Below, piece by piece: positions 59,883 through 64,000 of a DNA stretch of 64,000 bases (position 1 is its first letter; each line of letters begins with the position of its first letter). The notes under the pieces were generated by a model, which ran no database searches, had not been told where the DNA came from, and worked only from the letters and a program-made list of their open reading frames with translations. The translations under genes and the position numbers were made by a program. Source of the DNA: an uncultured Nitrospiraceae bacterium (GTDB taxonomy: Bacteria > Nitrospirota > Nitrospiria > Nitrospirales > Nitrospiraceae). The stretch lies in contig CAWJWJ010000002.1 in the NCBI GenBank assembly GCA_963846575.1, positions 1,056,001 through 1,120,000 of the forward strand, read 5' to 3'.

Positions 59883-60251
59883 TCACCTTGGCTTGGGAGG
59901 CGGGGGTGGCGTCGGCGTTGGGGTCGGCGTGGGCGACGGCGTCGGTTGAGGTTTTTTGCATCCTGACACACAGGCACAATCTCCGGTGTTCATGGTGCCG
60001 TTCGCGTTACTGTTACAAGTCCACAGACTGCCGTCCGGGGCCGTACAGGTCCAGTGGCCGGCGCTCCTGTAGCAGTTTGTGCCTTGTGGCAATCGACCGG
60101 GCGGAGTGACCTTGGTTTTGGGCGGGTCCATTTTCGCCATGGCACTATCGAACGCTGTGCCATGGGCCGATATCAGCCCCATCGTGAAGGAGAAGACCAG
60201 CACATAGCCGAACCCCCGGAAGATTTTATGCCTGCCGATCAGTGAACCCAT
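59883..60251 (-). CDS. Secreted six-Cys protein with a Pro/Thr-repeat tail (122 aa)
   Basis: GAGGAGG RBS before ATG 60251; hydrophobic signal; NC..WTC..WTC..DCAC..C; PQPTPSPTPTPTPTPPPPP. Confidence 0.7.
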   Translation of the reverse strand: MGSLIGRHKIFRGFGYVLVFSFTMGLISAHGTAFDSAMAKMDPPKTKVTPPGRLPQGTNCYRSAGHWTCTAPDGSLWTCNSNANGTMNTGDCACVSGCKKPQPTPSPTPTPTPTPPPPPKPR

Positions 60252-60600
60252 CGCCTCCTCCTTTGGCTGTGTAACAGTTGAGTGTTCGTCGCCACGACCC
60301 TGTTCGAGCAAGGTTGCATGTCCACCTGCGGGTCCGGATCTACTCAACAATGCTCAACTATGGAACCAAACAACTGGCTGTATGTCGTAAGCACGGGGGA
60401 ACACGTTCAATCGACGCAGCCCGACTCGATACGGGAGCGTGGCAATGGATTGGAGGCTGACTACATGGTCGGCGAGAGCATTCCAGCCGATCGCGGGCGC
60501 CCGGTTCAAGCGAAAGTCTCTCGAAGTGGATCGTCAACCGTGAAGCACGAGGCGGAATGGAGCGACGGGAGAATCCTCTATAGCCAGAAGTGTGCGGATC

Positions 60601-60715
60601 AGCGGATGGAAGACAGCGCAACGCATGCCTCCGACCGTCGCAACGTACCGTGGAAAAGCAAGCTGGTGGCCGCAGAGTCCCGGGATTCTGTCAAGGCGAA
60701 CGATACTTGTCAAGG
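60601..60715 (-). promoter_or_regulatory. sigma70 promoter plus conserved leader, copy 2
   Basis: TTGACA (60713-60708), 17 nt, TGn-CAGAAT (60690-60685); leader block matches 58492-58528. Confidence 0.65.
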
Positions 60716-60748
60716 CGATGTGCCGAGACGTCATTGCTTGAGGCACCC

Positions 60749-60793
60749 TGTTCGTTTGCAAGACCTGACCCCAATCTCATGACCCCAATCTCA
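60749..60793 (+). repeat. Dispersed repeat copy 2 plus tandem TGACCCCAATCTCA x2
   Basis: Direct sequence comparison with 59079-59103. Confidence 0.8.
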
Positions 60794-61023
60794 AAGTTGT
60801 GATCCAAAACAATGAACGTGCACAGGCCACGGCTCCGGGCAACTTGTTTGCACGATATTCGTCCTCATAAAACTCTGGGTGCGTTGGTTTTGGATCGGAC
60901 GTATGATGAAGGTCAGGTGGGAGGGCGGTCGAGAGGATGTGGTACCAGACCGGCCGCTCTGTGCCTGCCCTGAGAAACCGTACCGCCCGCAAGCTGGCGG
61001 CCTGAATGTGTCCGGAGGTGAAG

Positions 61024-62409
61024 ATGCATGAGTCCCAAGCTGATGCCCTGGTGTTGTTCGGTGCGACCGGTGACCTGGCGTACAAAAAGATCTTCCCGGC
61101 GCTCCAGGGGATGATCAAACGCGATGAACTGAACATGCCGGTGATCGGGGTGGCCAGACCCAACCGGTCGCTGGAAGAGATGCGGGTGCGGATCCGCGAA
61201 AGCCTGGAGCAGTTCGGCGGGGGGGTCGATGACGCGGCCTATGCCAAGCTCGTCCGGCTTTTCCGGTTGGTGGGCGGGGACTATGGGGATCCCGACACGT
61301 TTGTGCGGCTTCGTCGGGAGCTCGGCAAGGCGGAACGTCCCCTCCATTATCTGGCGATCCCGCCCAGCCTGTTTGCCTCCGTGGTCGAAAGCCTGGGCAC
61401 ATCGGGGAGCGCGCAGGGCGCGCGCGTGGTGGTCGAGAAGCCTTTCGGCAGGGACCTGGCCTCCGCCCAGGCCCTCAACCGGACCCTCTACACGCTGTTC
61501 GACGAATCGGCCATTTTCCGGATCGATCACTACCTGGGCAAGGAGTCGATTCAGAATCTGCTGTATTTCCGGTTTGCCAATTCTTTTCTCGAACCGATCT
61601 GGAATCGAAATTACATCGACCACGTGCAGATCACGATGGCGGAGCGGTTCGGGGTCGACGGCCGGGGGAACTTTTACGAGGAGACGGGGGCCCTGCGCGA
61701 CGTGGTCCAGAACCACCTCCTGCAGGTGGTGGCGAATCTCGCGATGGAGCCGCCCCTCAATGACGAGGGCGAGGCATTGCGGGATGAGCGGGTCAAGGTC
61801 TTCAAGCGCATGCGGCCCCTGACGGGAAAGAGCCTGGTGCGTGGTCAGTTTCGAGGGTATCGCGATGAGGCCGGCGTGGCCCCCGACTCACAGGTCGAAA
61901 CCTTCGCCTCCCTGCAGGTGCATCTCGATTCCTGGCGGTGGGGCGGCGTGCCCTTTTTGATCCGGGCCGGCAAACAGCTCCCGGTCACTGCGACGGAGGT
62001 CGTCGTGAAACTCAAGCGTCCGCCGCAGAACGTGTTCGGCGAAGCGTCGAAGGGCCCCCGCAACTATGTGCGCTTCCGGCTGGGTCCGGATCAGGTGGCG
62101 GTCGCCATCGGCGCGCGCGCGAAGGCGCCGGGAGACAAGATGGTGGGAGACGAGACCGAGTTGTTCGTCTGCCGCCAGGGTGGAGACGAAATGGGCGCGT
62201 ATGACCGGCTGATCAGCGATGCGCTGGCGGGCGACCCGTCCTTGTTCGCACGGCAGGACGGCGTCGAAGCCAGTTGGCGGGTGGTGGATCCCGTGCTCAC
62301 GATGCACACGCCGGTTTACGAATACGAGCCGGGTACCTGGGGGCCGAAGGAATCCCAAACGCTGATCGCGCCGTTCGGCGGATGGGCTAATCCGAAGGAA
62401 CAGGAATGA
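61024..62409 (+). CDS. zwf: Glucose-6-phosphate 1-dehydrogenase
   Basis: [23 protein letters not shown] and [10 protein letters not shown] motifs. Confidence 0.97.
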   Translation: MHESQADALVLFGATGDLAYKKIFPALQGMIKRDELNMPVIGVARPNRSLEEMRVRIRESLEQFGGGVDDAAYAKLVRLFRLVGGDYGDPDTFVRLRRELGKAERPLHYLAIPPSLFASVVESLGTSGSAQGARVVVEKPFGRDLASAQALNRTLYTLFDESAIFRIDHYLGKESIQNLLYFRFANSFLEPIWNRNYIDHVQITMAERFGVDGRGNFYEETGALRDVVQNHLLQVVANLAMEPPLNDEGEALRDERVKVFKRMRPLTGKSLVRGQFRGYRDEAGVAPDSQVETFASLQVHLDSWRWGGVPFLIRAGKQLPVTATEVVVKLKRPPQNVFGEASKGPRNYVRFRLGPDQVAVAIGARAKAPGDKMVGDETELFVCRQGGDEMGAYDRLISDALAGDPSLFARQDGVEASWRVVDPVLTMHTPVYEYEPGTWGPKESQTLIAPFGGWANPKEQE

Positions 62410-64000
62410 CTCAGCCTGGCAGCGAGCGATCCTATCGGCCGATCCGCGACTATGCACTGATCGGCGATTGTCATGGCGCCGCCCTGGTCGCAGGGGACGG
62501 CGGGATCGATTGGTGTTGTCTCGGCCGGTTCGACGCGGACCCGGCCTTGTGCCGCCTGCTGGATTCGAACGAGGGTGGCTTTCTCTCGACGGCCCCCGCA
62601 GACGAGCACAGGAGTACGCGGGCCTATCTGGACGGGACCAATATCCTCCGGACGACCTTCGCGACCGGCCGGGGCACCGTCGTGCTGACCGACTTCATGC
62701 CCGTGGGTCGAAGGCCCGGCAGTGGACCCCATAATTACGTCGACCTGGCGGCACCGAAATGTGTCGTGCGGATCGTGGAAGTCACGGAAGGGTCGGTCGA
62801 GGTCGAGATCCAGTACCGGCCGACTCTGGCCTTCGGACGGACGAAGGCCCGGTTGCAGGCTGAAGGGAGCCTGATTTCCGCCGAAGGCGGACCGGCCCTG
62901 TATCACGACGTCGCCGGATTTACGCTCGAAGGTGACAGGGCGGCGGCAACCATCCGTTTACGGCAGGGGGAACGGCGGGTCCTGATCCTTGCGGAGAAGC
63001 CCTGGACGAAGGTGAACCCGCTGGCGCTGGTGGACATGTACGCGTCGGTGACGACGGCCTTCTGGCGCGAATGGATCGCCTATTGTCGATACAGCGGGCC
63101 CTATGAACAGGCGGTCAAACGCAGCCTCCTCGCGATCAAACTTTTGATCTATGCCCCCTCCGGGGCCATCGTCGCGGCCCCGACGGCGTCCCTCCCCGAG
63201 GAACTCGGCGGCAGCCGCAACTGGGATTACCGTTTTTGCTGGCTTCGCGACAGCGCGTTCGCGCTCTATTCACTCGCGGTCACCGGGTACGGCGGCGAGG
63301 CCCGGCGGTTCAGCCAGTACCTTCCGCGCGTCTGTGCGGAAACCGCGCCCAAGGTGCAGATCATGTATGGCCTGGAAGGCGAAACCAAACTCGACGAGGA
63401 GGTCCTCGATCATCTAGACGGGTATGGCGGCAGCCGGCCGGTGCGGAAGGGCAACGAAGCCTACAGTCAACGACAAATCGACGTGTACGGAGAGATTCTC
63501 GACTGGGCGCTGTTGTTCCACAAGCTTGGCGGCACCTTCAATCAGGAGGTGCGGGCGTGGCTCGGCGGGTTGGCCGATTTTGTGGCGGATCACTGGCATG
63601 AGCCGGGCCAGGGGCTGTGGGAAATGCGGGGTCCGCCCTTGCAACACCTTCACGGCAAGGTGATGAGCTGGGTGGCGCTCGACCGGGCGATTCGCCTGCT
63701 CGGTCACAAGGCGCGCTGGGATGAGGAGCGTGAGAGGATCGTGGCCCAGGTCCATGCCCGCGGGTTGTCAGGCCCGGACGGCCACCTGGTTCAGGCCTAC
63801 GATCGCCCGGAGGTCGACGCCGCCTTGTTGCTGATTCCGCTCACAGCGTTTCCGGTGGATGACCACATCCTGACCAGGACGATCGAGGCGATCGAATGCG
63901 ATCTGCGGGCCGGCAACTTCCTGCATCGGTACAAGAAACAAGACGGGCTGGAAGGCAAAGAAGGCGCGTTCCTGATCTGCAGCTTCTGGCTGGTCGATGC
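62406..64000 (+). CDS. Glycoside hydrolase family 15 (glucoamylase/trehalase-like), runs off window; not in ORF track
   Basis: ATGA overlap with zwf; my translation gives [50 protein letters not shown] and [11 protein letters not shown]. Confidence 0.92.
   Translation, partial: MTQPGSERSYRPIRDYALIGDCHGAALVAGDGGIDWCCLGRFDADPALCRLLDSNEGGFLSTAPADEHRSTRAYLDGTNILRTTFATGRGTVVLTDFMPVGRRPGSGPHNYVDLAAPKCVVRIVEVTEGSVEVEIQYRPTLAFGRTKARLQAEGSLISAEGGPALYHDVAGFTLEGDRAAATIRLRQGERRVLILAEKPWTKVNPLALVDMYASVTTAFWREWIAYCRYSGPYEQAVKRSLLAIKLLIYAPSGAIVAAPTASLPEELGGSRNWDYRFCWLRDSAFALYSLAVTGYGGEARRFSQYLPRVCAETAPKVQIMYGLEGETKLDEEVLDHLDGYGGSRPVRKGNEAYSQRQIDVYGEILDWALLFHKLGGTFNQEVRAWLGGLADFVADHWHEPGQGLWEMRGPPLQHLHGKVMSWVALDRAIRLLGHKARWDEERERIVAQVHARGLSGPDGHLVQAYDRPEVDAALLLIPLTAFPVDDHILTRTIEAIECDLRAGNFLHRYKKQDGLEGKEGAFLICSFWLVD

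Noticed and set aside
59890..59950. Short tandem GGCGTC/GGCGTG repeats as a CRISPR or VNTR
   Set aside because: They simply encode the Pro-Thr tail; there is no repeat-spacer structure and no cas genes

Overview
A gene-dense, GC-rich bacterial chromosomal window. Gene content and order resemble Nitrospira/Nitrospirota (inference, not a database result). From left to right: a deoB-like gene, a RidA-family gene, a secreted IPT/TIG-repeat protein and a YCF48-like propeller; a minus-strand housekeeping block (valS-nadC-birA-coaX, grpE-dnaK-dnaJ-rsmE); a RomR-like response regulator, HAD hydrolase and cobB; a decayed GAF histidine kinase with an intact response regulator; a cheY-cheA-cheV-MCP-cheW cluster; a panE fusion, MATE transporter, DUF2779 nuclease and tRNA-Ser(CGA); a self-contained lipopeptide cluster (9.4-kb FAAL-NRPS, PvdE/SyrD-type exporter, Sfp-type PPTase); tadA, an ECF sigma/anti-sigma pair and a TPR cluster; and an accessory region with glgX, a sulfite-oxidase-family gene, small secreted proteins, zwf and GH15. 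The most notable observations are: (1) an NRPS predicted to make an acyl-(basic aa)-Gly product, with a Cys-nucleophile thioesterase lacking the usual His; (2) a CheA with an MshEN-like tandem motif instead of a P2 domain, in an operon preceded by a long structured leader ending in a terminator; (3) a duplicated promoter and leader upstream of two unrelated small secreted Cys proteins; (4) an IPT protein with three vicinal Cys-Cys loops; (5) an uncalled 39-aa, very basic ORF; (6) an apparent 5' frameshift in nadC.
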